In this document: piece after piece, positions 1 to 11,664 of the stretch | How the letters are laid out: the number at the start of each line of letters is the position of its first letter | Numbering within the stretch: the first letter of the stretch is position 1 | DNA from: Cyanidioschyzon merolae | Taxonomy: Eukaryota | Reading direction: 5' to 3' (one strand) | DNA: 64,000 nucleotides | Assembly (NCBI GenBank): GCA_000091205.1 | Contig: AP006494.2 | Notes under the pieces: generated by a model | Database searches by the model: none | Told to the model about the DNA's origin: nothing | Seen by the model: only the letters and a program-made list of their open reading frames with translations | Position numbers and translations under genes: made by a program

Positions 1-793
1 AGTTCACGCGTCCAACAGCTATACCAGCAAAATGCTCTCCGTCCATCTTCTGAAAAGCGTGGGATAACCTCACCAGAAAAGGGTTGCAACTGCCGAAAAA
101 ATACAGAGAACACGTTGGGAAGTGAGCACTGTATCCGCAGCTCAAGATATCAGCGTAACCATGGCAACTGATCCGATGTGTTTCTTCGCGCGTTCTGCAC
201 TGTGACTGCTCGGGAAGCCGGTTTCAACGAGCACGGAGCCAGCGATGATGAGACGCGTAACCGCCTGGAGCGCGTACGATAGCGAAGCATCTGAGCGTAT
301 GCTCTACTTTTAGTTTTAAAATATGCCATACTGTACATCCAGCGCATCGACGCCTCATCGAGCCTGTGTTTGCCTGTGCGCATCAAAGGAACCGTTCTGT
401 TGATCGATTCGCAATACAATCGTGTTTCTGCTATTACTGCCCTTGGATTCCTTAGCTTTACGTTGCACGTGGATAGCGTTCGCTGGAGACTGGAGTTTCG
501 CCCGCGAATGCCACAAGAATCCATGCGACTCAATATTGGTCTTCGCGGTCACCGCTGCGCATAATTGGTTGAAGTGCACACGCCCGACGCTACCGGGAGC
601 CGAGGAGTTCTCGACTCTCGAAAGCACAAACCGGAACTCCTGGGGTAACTGCTAGTTCCGCCTGAGGTTTATCCGACCGGCACACGAAGGCACCGCTTGG
701 GACTCGGACACAGTGCTCGGAGCGCTGCTGCGGCGCTCGTGGCCTGTGCGGCACCGGTCACCGCGAGTCGCGCGACGTCTTCCGCTACAGCAG

Positions 794-2140
794 ATGATCG
801 GCAACGCACTTTCGCAGGGACGAAAGCTCTGGATCTTCGGCGGAACGCGCCGTGAACGACATGAAGCCGTTCGTCGCGCAGCTGCGGAGCTTGGCGTCCG
901 CCTATGCTGGCTTTCCGCACCGCAGTGCGTCGAGAAGGGGTTGCAAACCTGTTTACGCCGCATAGCAGCGGAGCTTGCGCAGCAGCCCGGAGCGCTCGTT
1001 ATCATGGACTGGGAACGCATTGCTGCATGGTATCGTCTCTATGGGGAGCGCTTCCATATCGACAGCTTCCCTGACGAGTTCGGGACATCGTCACCCGGTA
1101 CAGCAACCGAAGAGGTCCTGATTATGCGGCTCGGTGCTTTCGTAGGTGTTGTCTCGAGCGCGGTAATCGTTACCTGTGCGACGCTTGTTCCGATAGCGCT
1201 GCGCTGGTTCGAACCTGCTGCCTTGCTTCCGCTGAACGTCTACGGAGCATCCTGGTCCGATCAGGGAAACCAGGACACGGTAAACTCGCATGCGTTGCAG
1301 AACGCTGCTGGTGGCGAATTACGATACTCGGGACTGTGGCTTCGCATGTACAGGGATAACAACGGTGCTCTGGCGCGTATTCGCAGAATGTTGCTTCCAA
1401 CAACGACAGAGTTGGCAACTTGGCGTCGATTCGGAGTTGCTATGCCTCGTTGTGTTTTGGTGCATGGTCCCCCAGCGAGCGGCAAGACTGCACTTGTCTA
1501 CGCGTTTGCCGACCTCGCAGCGGAGCGTGGTATTCCCTGTCATCTCATTACCAGAAGCAATCTCTATTCTGGTTATTTAGGGGAGACCGAACGGGAGCTT
1601 CGTCAGTTATTTCGGCCGGTTTCTGCGGAGGTCGGAGCGAGACGCCCAATCCTCTGCTTCGACGATATTGATTTGTTCTTCTCTTGCGGACGGAGCCAGG
1701 GCGCCCAGCAAACAACCGATGACGCTCTCGCGACTACCGATCGTTTCACCAGTCGTCTGCTGGGCACGTTGCTTTCCGAAATAGATGGCGCGTTGGAATC
1801 AAATACGAAAGACAACTTGAGCGCGAAGCTTCTGCTAACTGCAACGGAGCTGGATGCGCTCGATGCGGCGCTCCTGCGTCCTGGTCGTTGTGATGCGTGC
1901 ATCGCATTAGCGTCAACTGGTGCTCCAGAGCCGAGAAGCATCCGACCAAGCCGCCTTGAAACACGAACTTGCCAAGCTAGCGGTACTGCGGAGCGCGCAC
2001 CAGGTGCCGACACATCGCCGAGAACGACGCTGTGGCGTGTTCGCGCACAGCGACTTGCGAGCTGGGAACGGTTGCTGGGGTCCACTGGCCAAGCACATGA
2101 TGTGCCAGACGAGAAGGTCGGCGCGGAAAATGTGCTGTAA
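794..2140 (+). CDS. AAA+ family ATPase (classic clade), with a possible degenerate N-terminal AAA-like module followed by an active AAA domain
   Basis: ORF 713..2140; track start is GTG, first in-frame ATG at 794. Translation shows Walker A VLVHGPPASGKTALV, Walker B ILCFDDIDLFF, sensor/Arg-finger region LLLTATELDALDAALLRPGRCD. Confidence 0.75.
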   Translation: MIGNALSQGRKLWIFGGTRRERHEAVRRAAAELGVRLCWLSAPQCVEKGLQTCLRRIAAELAQQPGALVIMDWERIAAWYRLYGERFHIDSFPDEFGTSSPGTATEEVLIMRLGAFVGVVSSAVIVTCATLVPIALRWFEPAALLPLNVYGASWSDQGNQDTVNSHALQNAAGGELRYSGLWLRMYRDNNGALARIRRMLLPTTTELATWRRFGVAMPRCVLVHGPPASGKTALVYAFADLAAERGIPCHLITRSNLYSGYLGETERELRQLFRPVSAEVGARRPILCFDDIDLFFSCGRSQGAQQTTDDALATTDRFTSRLLGTLLSEIDGALESNTKDNLSAKLLLTATELDALDAALLRPGRCDACIALASTGAPEPRSIRPSRLETRTCQASGTAERAPGADTSPRTTLWRVRAQRLASWERLLGSTGQAHDVPDEKVGAENVL

Positions 2141-3909
2141 AGGCACGAGAATGTCTGCCTTGAAAGTATCGGACGTATTTGGAATGATGCTGGTTACCCA
2201 TTTCGACGATGTTTATGTGCGCCCGCTAGGCTGTACCGCTACGCTGCACCGGGGCCAGATTAAAATCGACATCGGAACTGCTCGCTCTGGTCCTGCCTTT
2301 CGAATCATCATCCGAGCTTTTTATTGGATGCACTACCTATGTATTACAAGTCCAGAGATATGCGCTTACGGATTCATACACTGGTTCAGGATGCTCCGTT
2401 GTCTTTTCGTAATGGCTCCATTGAGTCTATGCCACTTGAAATCGCCACTTCAACGGAATCAAGGTGATTTGCGACGCCCTTGAAGGAGAATTCGCAAAGC
2501 ATCGAACATCTTTATCCGATTGATACGTACAGGGTTCCAATACGCTCCTTACCTGACGTGCAGAACGCTCGAGCCATATATTCTTCAAGTTTTCGATCTT
2601 GCTGTTTCAGAGCAACGCTTGGGCGCAGCAATTCGCCACGCTGGATTGACGAAGACAAACACTCGACGTTGTCAGGTGACAACTGCTTCACGAGCTCACG
2701 TCGAACGTTCCCTGCGCTTGTCACGTCAAACAATCAATCCTGCTCGAAAGATAAATCCGATTCTTCGTACTCGTCGACCACCGAGGGCGTGACACCTGCA
2801 TGTTACCCCCCTAGGGTACACTTCCTGAAATTCCGATTGCTTTTGTTCCCATCGAAGAGGACTTTGAAGTCGGACTTTAGTCATCGGAGCGATCGCTCCC
2901 ATGGAAGCGTGCGTAACCGCTTTCAACGGATCAAGCATAGATGGATTGAACTTTCTCAGCTTGATCTCCAGGCTGGATTCTCCTTCGTGTCCTTGGGTCA
3001 TCTTGCACAACATTGCGTTCCACAAATCCCTATCGCATGGAACAGTGTGCGTTTGGGCGTACAGCGGACAGCATACCCGCTGAAGGTAGCGTCCCGGAGA
3101 AGCCCATGATCATGGTGCACGGCACCGAGCGCAGAAACCGTGGATGGCATCAACGCAAACCTTCTGTACGCGTCGCGGGCATGCACCGAGAGATGCAGCA
3201 AGCGTTCATGCGCCGCTGACGACCGTTGAAGCAGGAGGATGTGTGGCGGATACACAGCAACACCTGGCCACAGTCAAGCACCGTTGCTGCAAAGCGTACT
3301 CAGAGGCTCTACGAAAAGGGAATGAAAATGGCACGCGAAGCGTCGGTCGCAACTTTTGCCGGTCCATGAGCTGCTTTGACAACAGCCGGAATCCGCGATA
3401 TCGGGACTTGGACGATGCCATCAACATCCTTCGATTCACGAGGATCGGAGCTTTGAAGCCAAGAGACACCTGCGAATTTAAAGCCCGAGATAAGGCAGAG
3501 GAAAAGGAAGCACTCGCATAAAATGTCCGCACAGTTCTGTGTTGATGACAGTTGGACGATAGCGAGCCTCGGGTGCGCACACTGGACTTGCGGGATCTTC
3601 ACGATCGTTTGCTGCGATGAGGGTATTCTGCGCTGTACGACTTGCTCCTCGCGACTGCTGTACTGCTCCGTCGGCAAAGGGGCGAGTGTGTTCAACTCTT
3701 GCCACTGATGCAGCTGGACGTGAACTCGGTTGTATAGGTTTTCGTTTAGACACGTTTTTGTAGCTTCAGAGGGCGCGCCTGCTGCGTAGGTCGCTCGGGA
3801 GAAGCGCGTTCCTCGTCACGCTCCCGTTGCCGCTGCCAACAGCAAGTTAGGGTGCGCGCTGCTCGCGTCGTTGTGCAGGCGAACAGCCACACCTTTCGAC
3901 GCACAGGTT

Positions 3910-5865
3910 ATGTCCCTGGATGGTACAACCGGAGAGTTGTCCTCCGGCGGACAGGCGCACGGCACAGCGCAAGTTCAACCAGTGCACCTGGAGCTGAGTG
4001 CCTACTACGGGCTAGCGCCTCCAGCAACCGGAACCGACACGAGCCAAGCAACGACGCCCGGGGCTGGGCACTCTCCTGGTGGCACTAGGCGCGCTACTGC
4101 TGCGCTGACGACAACCGACGCAAGCCAGCCCTCGAGGCAGCTCGTACAGGAGGTGCTGGCACGCGCTTCTATCGGTGAGCTCCTGTCAGAAGCGCAAGCG
4201 TTTCAGGTGCAGGCGCTCGACGCGGAGACGGCGTTACAGCGAGCGGCTCTGCGTCTCTTCGAGGACTATGATGAAGCGGCTCGCTGGTGTTTTGCGCAGG
4301 GCCAAGTGCTGGCTGAGCTGCGGCGTTCGCTGCAAGAGTCTCAGCGAGGCCTCGAAGTGGTCAGCGACCTATGCAACAAGTTTAGCGACCACTCGGAGGA
4401 CCTCCAGGATGCGTTAGATACACTAGAAAAGAAGCTGCGCTTGCTCCAGCTCATTCGGGTGACCGGCTTCGCCGTGCCCATGTTCCAAGCGCAGCTAGCG
4501 CAAGGCGACATCGAGGCTGTCGCAGAGCGCTACGCCCTGCTTCAGGAAGCGTTGCTTTCGCTGGGCGCTCTGCATAGAGCTTTTGATCGGCTATATTCGC
4601 GGCTGAAGCTGCAGATTGGCTTGCAACTCGAACGAGCATTAAGGGAAGGACTGGAAAAATACGTGCAGCTGCGTTGGACGCAGGTCTGGCAGCGCGCATC
4701 GACCGCTGAGCTGTCAGCGGTTGCAGAAGCCTCCAGCGATGCGACGCTCCTCAGCTGCACGAGGATCGAGGCTGCGCTGCAACGAGCGCACGGACAGCAG
4801 CGAAACAGTCTGGTAGATCAAGTACGAACTCTTCTGTCTCAGGTACTAGGTTTGGAGCGAACTGTACCCGCTTCGCTCTGGGAGCCGGTGATTACCAGCA
4901 TGCTGAACCCGCTGTACGCACTGGTTGAAGAGGCGGACCCAGTCGCTGCACCCGGCCTGGTGTCGGACTGGTTGCCCCGTTGGCTGGAGCGCTTCAGGGA
5001 GACGATAGCACTCGATCCGAGCCCAGCCGCGTTGGAAGCACTCTGCAAGGCGGTAGCCGCGATGCCCTCGGTTTGGAGACGGACGTTGGCGTCGGCACTG
5101 CCTGCGCTTCTGGAGCAAAGCTTGAATGAACGGTTGGCGGCCGAGGTTGTACCGCTCTGGAGAGAGATGCTTTTACTGCTGGCCGAGGTACCCTGGTCAC
5201 CGCCGCTGTATCATCGCATCCAGTCGCAGGGTGAACAGCTCGTGACTTTACTGGAACAGCACCTGGAGCAGGCCCCTGCAAGCTTTCAAGTCTTGTTTGA
5301 GCACTTTGGCGAGGATCCAAGCGAGTCCGCCGCGTCACACCCGCTTGCTGGAGCGACAGCGGAGACTGTGCCTCTCGTTCACCGTTCCGCTGCACCAGCG
5401 GTAGACGCTCTAGCCCAGGCTCTCTACGGGCGCCTTGTTTCGGAGGTATGGCTGAGCGTACAAGGGGGTTCTCCGCTGGCGGTGGCGTTCCTGCTTTTAG
5501 CTGTGCTCGGAGGGCGCTTTCTCGCAGATCCTGCTATCGAGCAGGCCCACATGAACCGGTATATGCGGCTGCGAGCACTTCAGGCGACACATGAGCTCCT
5601 GGAGCATGGCCTTGAATCAACGAAAGTATCTGCGTTGGGGGAGCAACTGGCGAGAGAGTCGGCTGTGGCAAGCGCTCTCGTCACCACTGGTCGGAAGCGG
5701 ACTCGCGCACGACGAACGCCGAGCGACCTCCAGCCCAGGTCACTGGATTTGGCTGTGCCTCCTGAACAGATACGCAAAAGAGTGGAGGCCTGCGTTCGCT
5801 ACTGGCAGCGCTATGCCGTCGTAGCCACGAAGCCGTTCTCGAACGGTTCAGCGGCAGCGGGCTAA
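3910..5865 (+). CDS. Hypothetical Leu-rich helical protein (~651 aa); N-terminal region resembles coiled-coil heads of vesicle-tethering (COG/GARP/exocyst-type) subunits, weakly
   Basis: Long ORF 3871..5865 (TTG at 3871; first ATG 3910). Amphipathic Leu-rich composition, codon usage like neighbours. No diagnostic motif recognised. Confidence 0.5.
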   Translation: MSLDGTTGELSSGGQAHGTAQVQPVHLELSAYYGLAPPATGTDTSQATTPGAGHSPGGTRRATAALTTTDASQPSRQLVQEVLARASIGELLSEAQAFQVQALDAETALQRAALRLFEDYDEAARWCFAQGQVLAELRRSLQESQRGLEVVSDLCNKFSDHSEDLQDALDTLEKKLRLLQLIRVTGFAVPMFQAQLAQGDIEAVAERYALLQEALLSLGALHRAFDRLYSRLKLQIGLQLERALREGLEKYVQLRWTQVWQRASTAELSAVAEASSDATLLSCTRIEAALQRAHGQQRNSLVDQVRTLLSQVLGLERTVPASLWEPVITSMLNPLYALVEEADPVAAPGLVSDWLPRWLERFRETIALDPSPAALEALCKAVAAMPSVWRRTLASALPALLEQSLNERLAAEVVPLWREMLLLLAEVPWSPPLYHRIQSQGEQLVTLLEQHLEQAPASFQVLFEHFGEDPSESAASHPLAGATAETVPLVHRSAAPAVDALAQALYGRLVSEVWLSVQGGSPLAVAFLLLAVLGGRFLADPAIEQAHMNRYMRLRALQATHELLEHGLESTKVSALGEQLARESAVASALVTTGRKRTRARRTPSDLQPRSLDLAVPPEQIRKRVEACVRYWQRYAVVATKPFSNGSAAAG

Positions 5866-6469
5866 TCAAAGGCAGCAGCTGAGCCAGGATGCTTTGCCCG
5901 CGAACCAGGCTATGCCTGTAAACGGCCTCATCATCTGCGGATCTCAATGGGTATCTGCGAGTGAATGTTCTCGGGATCGATCAAGTCGCAGGTTGCGCTT
6001 TCGTATCCGCTCCGCAGGCTATCATGGGAGCGGCACGTGCCCGCACTCGCTGGGACGTTGACATGTGGACCACATACGATGTACGATGGAATACAGCGGT
6101 CGTGTGGTGCTCTTTACGAAAGGAAACGCGAAGAAAATCATGCGCTTTCCGAGCGGAAAGTCATTGTGGACACTGACTTTCTTATAGTGTCCCCATTGCG
6201 TTTACACGTCGAAGAGCGAGAAGAACAGTGTGGACGTTCTGGATGTAAAAGCAATCGAGTACCACTGGTTGTTCTACACACCGAAGAGCAAGCGTTTTCG
6301 CACAGGAATGAGCAACATGCCTCAGTTACACGCTGTACTGCCGCATCACGGAGCATCCTCGCTGTTCGCCAGCTGCAACGGATAACCGATCCCGGTGTGT
6401 ACAGAGGGCGCTCCCGCCTCGCTGGATGTCTGTTCATCTCATGCCAGTGCGGTGCTCCAGGCGAGAATC

Positions 6470-6471
<2 letters not shown>

Positions 6472-6503
<32 letters not shown>
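6472..6503. repeat. (GTCT)8 microsatellite
   Basis: Read directly. Confidence 0.9.
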
Positions 6504-9221
6504 CTGGGCAATAATCCTTCTCATCGACAGTCTTTAGCGTTTCAGCACAATACCCCCACTGGGTTCTAAACGATTTGCTAAGAAAAAGTTCGCTCGACAT
6601 AAATCCGACAGACGCTCCGGAATCACGATACATTTCCGAATGTTTATCGATGTGTTCCAGTCTCGGTGCAGAATGCGCTGGTCCGCCCGGTTGCCGGGCG
6701 TTTCACACCATGAAAAGCCTCTCAGCTCCGATTATCTCGCGATTTCACGTCTGGTCAGCTTGGTGTTCACCGCCTCGTGCGTTAGACTCCGTTTCATTCT
6801 CTTCTCTTCCACTAGTTTTGAGCGTGTACCCGTACTTTTGATGCATCTACGTCGTCCTGGAAGCATCGATATGTATCGTACAGAGAATCGATTCCTGCCT
6901 TCCTTGTACGCTGGTTTTGATGGAACAGGACTGCAGCCTTTTCGCGCTACAGCACGTCCAGTGTCAGACGCCAGCACCAAACGACCTCCCGTTTCGGTCA
7001 CTTTCTTTTCCAACGCATTGAAAAAATGGCGAAAGCACGGCGCTTGCCTCCCTGCAGCGGATACCGTTGACGACCCCGGCACAAGCCCATGAAAAACGCC
7101 CGCCAGAGATCATCCGTTTGAGTCCTTTGGACGCTAATGTGCGCTCTGAATGGAGTATACACTGCATCGCCCAGCTTGCTACGGTGCTGAGAGCGTGGAG
7201 ATGTGTCCGGACGCCGTCACTCCACTTGTTGGTATGCCCTCGGGCGCCCATTCAGGCCGAGCCTCGGGCGTTGCAAGCCCTGCCAGATTCGAGCAGCCTC
7301 ATTCGCTCTTCATTCAGCTCTTTGGATTCGTCGTCTTGAATGGGAATTACGCTGACGGCCATAATGTTCATCAACCCGAGATCAACGCCCACTCTGATGT
7401 TGATTCCCCTCATCTACATGGACCTGTTGAGAATTTGTCTCGTGGCGCGACTCAGGCCCAGGTTTCACAAATGATCTGAAGATGGATATGCTGTGGATCT
7501 CCGCCCTCCTCCCAGTCACAAATATTTCCACATCCTCTCTGTAAACGACAAGATCTTGAACGAGATCCGCTGGTTCTCAGCATGATGATATTCGCATGTT
7601 TCATCCTTGGTCGCTGTGGCCAGCTCTTTCTTCTTCGTATCCTTGCACTTGGCAGAGTGGCATCCGTGTGGCCTCCATACTCTATATCCGTTTGTTTCCC
7701 CGTGGTGTTCAGAAGCCCTGGTTGCACGGCGGGGCTGGAACCCAGCTTTTCGATCCGTACGTTTATTGTCTCTGGAGTACCTTTTCGTCGCCTCCTCCGT
7801 CGCGAGAACGCACACGGGCCGAAGACCGTCTTTGCGCTCCCTAGAGCGCACGAGCAGAGAAACTAGAAAACAGCAGTCAAGTGATGATTAAGTTTTCGAG
7901 AGATTTTTCGCAGGCCAGTGTGACGAATGCGAACGACCCGCTTACGTACCCTTGAGCACTAAAATGGCACTGGAAAACAGAAACGTCGTCTTCAACTGGA
8001 CTGAATCAGAGTGCATAGGCTGGCGCGAGGCGCAGCTCAACGCCATGCTCAACTGCGTACTCCTTGGCCGCTTTTGCATGATGGAAAGCGATGTCGTCGA
8101 ATACCCAGACAGAAGCATGTGGGAAGGAGATCCCATCAAGGCTGCTTCGACGAAGGATGAGGTATTGAACGATCCTGTCCGTTGCGCGATGTCTGGGCGA
8201 CCAGTCCACTGGAACGCCGCTGAGGCTGATGTTGTAGGAATGCTCGCGCGTCACCGCTTTGCGAAGAGCAGTTTACCCTCTTTGCGTAACCACGGACACG
8301 TGTACCGTTTCTCTCGAACGCGTTTTCCCCGATCGAGACGAACATCCATGCCGTCCGTCATATACGTTGGCGTCTCGCAACGATTTCCATCATATGCTGC
8401 TCAAAAGCACGATGGTCTCTGTTGGCAGCGTGCTTGTCCCGTTGCCCATCCATGCGCCTTCTTCACCGTACGTATGAACCGTGCTTTAACTTCCTATCCT
8501 GTAGCTTCTTTGTAAGGATTTCTCGGAGAGCGCATGGAGTGGAATGGATCGATGATGAGACAGTTAAGTGGACAGATTTTGAAAGGCGCTGTTTTCGATG
8601 CTCGACGTCCAGGAAACGGACTAGAAAGATGATGCTTCAACCATCTGGTGATTCTAGAATGTCTGACGTAGTCATGTACGGCATTTCTCGCAATCTACAA
8701 GTCCCAGGATATCGTCCTCCCGTGGCCATCTCTCATCAACATGATACGCTGCTTTTTTTTTGAGTATCTGCCAGAGAACAAACAAGGAAAAAACGGTTTC
8801 ATGGTGCAGGCCTTCCTGGATGCACTTCCCCAGTCATCAGACGCACGTTGGTGCCCGCGGGGTCTCGGGGCTGTCCGCCAGAGACACCCCGGCCCCCTTC
8901 CAGCACAGTACGAAACATATCCAAGTGGCGTACCAGTTGGTGCTCTGCACAGACAGAGGCGCGTTTCTAAAGTTTTTCTAAACGCTGCAGTAGAGCCTGC
9001 TACAGGTTATTGGTCTCTGACGCTATTCGAGGACGCAGAGTGACGCCTGCTGGTGCGTACCCGGCAACGCTGTGCACTCGACAGCGCTGGAACGAGGACC
9101 AGGCGCCGGGGTCAGCCGCAGCGGTTTCCCTAGCGACAGCGTTCGTTTTTTGCGGGCACTGCTCACGAAACGGTGCCTCACGGATACACGGGACGCTTCC
9201 TCTTGGAGGAAATCCGGGTTC

Positions 9222-10487
9222 ATGTCGCACTTTCCGAGCGCCACAACGGACGGGAGTCCGCAGCAGCGACCTCGGAGCGGAACTCGCGTCGGGGAGCAGC
9301 CTCCTGCGAACATTTTCCTCTATGCGCCCAGGATGCGAACGGAGTTGCCGGATCCGCCCATGGACCTGAAACTGTTGCCAGTGCTCCGGTCTGAGCGGGT
9401 TCTAGGGACTGCTTCTGCGACAGAGTCGAGCGCTGAATCGATCGGTGCCTCGTCAGAGCCGAGCTCCGCAGCAGCAGCAGCAGCAGCAGCACTGGCGAGT
9501 AAAGCGGTAGAGCTATGGGAAGAGGAGCGAAGCGCCCTGGAGCGACTAGCAGTTTGCGTTGAGGGCATGCGTCCAGCCGGGGGCATGTGGCTCCTGGAAC
9601 TGGCAGCCGCGTTTGCGGACACGCTCGACGTAGCAACAGCGCCTGGCGTGAACCCGCAGACAACGGCGCTTCCGTGGACCTATCGTCCGCTGCAAGGAGC
9701 GGCTGCTGAGCTGGTGCGGAATGAGAGCGCTCTTGCAGCAGTTTACGCACCAGTTGCGTCTGAAAGCAACGAGAACCGCGTTGATCAGTCTTCGCTGGCT
9801 CGATCACTGGAACATGTGGCACTTGGGGCCAACGCTATGGAAGCGGCCCTTCCGGGTCTGAGCGCCAGGAATGCGCAATGGATGCGACCTCCGCAGTACG
9901 ACGAATTCCTTTCCTTGAAAGCCGGTGGCGCTCCCGAGGTCAGCGGTGTCTTGCGGCCAGAGGCCATGGCGCACTCGACAGCAGAGGGCGATGCGAAGGT
10001 TCATGATTCCCTGAATGCCGCAGCGCTTGCGGCAGACGCCCTAGCTATCGAAGCGGAATTTGAAGCAGCCACCCAACTCGATGAAAATTTGGCTGCGCTC
10101 AAGTACCCACACCCAAGTCCAGAAAAACGCGCCAGTGGCGGCGAGCGCCTACGAGCTATCAAAAGCTTTCCGATCGTGCCGGATGAGCAGCTCTGGGAGG
10201 AGCCCTGTGGGTTGCTCAGTTTCCTCGAGGTGCCGATGACCTGGCAAACACACCCCATGACGTACGGTGTTGCGCAAGTCGACAGCACCGTCCCGACCTT
10301 GGTATTCTTCGGGGAGAATCTGACGGATGCAACGGAGGCGCAAACTCCAGTCGATCGATTTGCGTACCAATTAGATACCCCGGAGAGTGCTCGAGAACTG
10401 GCAGGCTTCGTTTGTTTACACTTTTCTGGGAACAGTGCTTGTCTAGCACCCGTTTCCTTCCGCGTTCGGCCACAGTTGCATGCATGA
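9222..10487 (+). CDS. Paf1-like protein (RNA polymerase II-associated factor 1 homologue), tentative
   Basis: ORF 9072..10487 (GTG start; in-frame ATGs at 9222 and 9333). Segment KSFPIVPDEQLWEEPCGLLSFLEVP resembles the Paf1 core motif [22 protein letters not shown]. N-terminal LPDPPMDLKLLP resembles Paf1 LPDIPFDPKFI. Contains a poly-Ala tract encoded by (GCA)n at 9468..9492. Confidence 0.45.
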   Translation: MSHFPSATTDGSPQQRPRSGTRVGEQPPANIFLYAPRMRTELPDPPMDLKLLPVLRSERVLGTASATESSAESIGASSEPSSAAAAAAAALASKAVELWEEERSALERLAVCVEGMRPAGGMWLLELAAAFADTLDVATAPGVNPQTTALPWTYRPLQGAAAELVRNESALAAVYAPVASESNENRVDQSSLARSLEHVALGANAMEAALPGLSARNAQWMRPPQYDEFLSLKAGGAPEVSGVLRPEAMAHSTAEGDAKVHDSLNAAALAADALAIEAEFEAATQLDENLAALKYPHPSPEKRASGGERLRAIKSFPIVPDEQLWEEPCGLLSFLEVPMTWQTHPMTYGVAQVDSTVPTLVFFGENLTDATEAQTPVDRFAYQLDTPESARELAGFVCLHFSGNSACLAPVSFRVRPQLHA

Positions 10488-10920
10488 AATGAACGTGTAT
10501 TCGGTCGGCGATGATGCTTCCGGGATACTGTCAGGGCAGGTCTCGCGAATGCCCAGCGCGCTTCCCCAAGTACCCCGATATCTGGTAGTACACACGGTAT
10601 TTTGGAGCAGCATGCATCAATGGCTCTCCATGAAGCGCTCGTCACAGCTTGCAGTGCCCCATGAGGAAAACTCGAGAAGCGTTGTCCTGACCGCCCGATC
10701 ATGCAGCGTTCATACGCTGGCGTTCGACCTGAAGTGCAAACAGCTGGCCGGTAAAGCGACACACCGCCCACACACGCCCGTACAGACGAGTGCTTTACGC
10801 GCCGCCGCGGCACAAGGTTCCCAGTTCGGCAGACAAAACGTTCCCATGCCCGTCCCGTGAGCTCCACTCGCGTCCTAGTGTTGCTCCACTTTCTCGCCGC
10901 GAACAGATAACGTCTGCAGA

Positions 10921-11262
10921 CTACACTCGACTGGGGTAGAGCATGACGCGCACAGCCTTGCCGATAGCGCTCGGGGGGAGGTTTGTTGCGAACTTGGCCC
11001 GCACACAACCACTGCTACCGTGTGGCGCGATGATCCGGCCCCAGATGCAACGGTACCGGGTAACTCGCCCTCGCGTCGTCGTCCGCGCTCGTTTCGCCTT
11101 GTAGACGTAGGCCACGCGTTTGCCCGCATAGAACGTCGTCTCGTCGCGCGTGCGCACGCCTTCAATCTGGATCCGCGTTTGATTCGGGTATTGTCGTCTC
11201 TGTGACCGACGGTAGCCTAATATGACGCCCTTGCAGTACACACGCACGGGTTGTTGTCCCAT
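10921..11262 (-). CDS. RPL35A: 60S ribosomal protein L35a (eL33)
   Basis: Translation MGQQPVRVYCKGVILGYRRSQRRQYPNQTRIQIEGVRTRDETTFYAGKRVAYVYKAK...GRIIAPHGSSGCVRAKFATNLPPSAIGKAVRVMLYPSRV matches the eL33 family end to end. ATG at 11262..11260 (track ORF begins at a GTG at 11307). TAG stop at 10921..10923. Confidence 0.9.
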   Translation of the reverse strand: MGQQPVRVYCKGVILGYRRSQRRQYPNQTRIQIEGVRTRDETTFYAGKRVAYVYKAKRARTTTRGRVTRYRCIWGRIIAPHGSSGCVRAKFATNLPPSAIGKAVRVMLYPSRV

Positions 11263-11664
11263 GGTAGATCGAAGGTCACGCAGGTGGCGTCTTCCTCGAC
11301 GCTCCACGACTCGGACAAAGGAACGCTAGCGTGTTCTGCAAGTGCGAAGCATGCGGAGGAAGGAACAGGCGCACGGGCGCCGATGATCGTCGACGCGCCC
11401 AGGGCCTTCCTATGACAATTAGGGATCAAATGGTCTCCGTCTGCTGCGAGTGACCCGGCTGTGGCGACAATGCGGATGGCATGATTATTCAAACTATGAT
11501 CAAAAAGTTTCCTAAAATTTGAATAAAAGGATATTATATCCAGTTTGCCGTCTTTGGCGTCTCGGCCTGGGCGCGATCCGCGCACACGCTGCTTTTGTAA
11601 GGCGACTCTGTGGACACACTCTACTTTCGCTGCCCGCTCCGGTGCACTGGTACACGCCACCACC
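11263..11664. promoter_or_regulatory. Bidirectional promoter region shared by divergent RPL35A (-) and RPL27 (+), with an AT-rich core at ~11480..11550
   Basis: 402 bp between the two start codons. AT-rich island in otherwise GC-rich DNA, containing ATCCAGTTTG (11538..11547) and the inverted variant CAAACTATGAT (11490..11500). Confidence 0.6.

Noticed and set aside
1603-2146. Minus-strand ORFs of 160 and 77 aa inside the AAA ATPase gene
   Set aside because: Antisense shadow ORFs of a well-supported CDS.
2480-3109. 209-aa plus-strand ORF downstream of the AAA gene
   Set aside because: Ser/Arg-rich, no motifs, overlapped by several equally long ORFs in other frames. More likely 3'UTR/intergenic.
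10001-11008. 335-aa minus-strand ORF overlapping the Paf1-like gene
   Set aside because: Arg/Ser/Cys/Ala-rich low-complexity translation typical of the antisense frame of GC-rich coding DNA. No motifs. Fully antisense to a better-supported gene.
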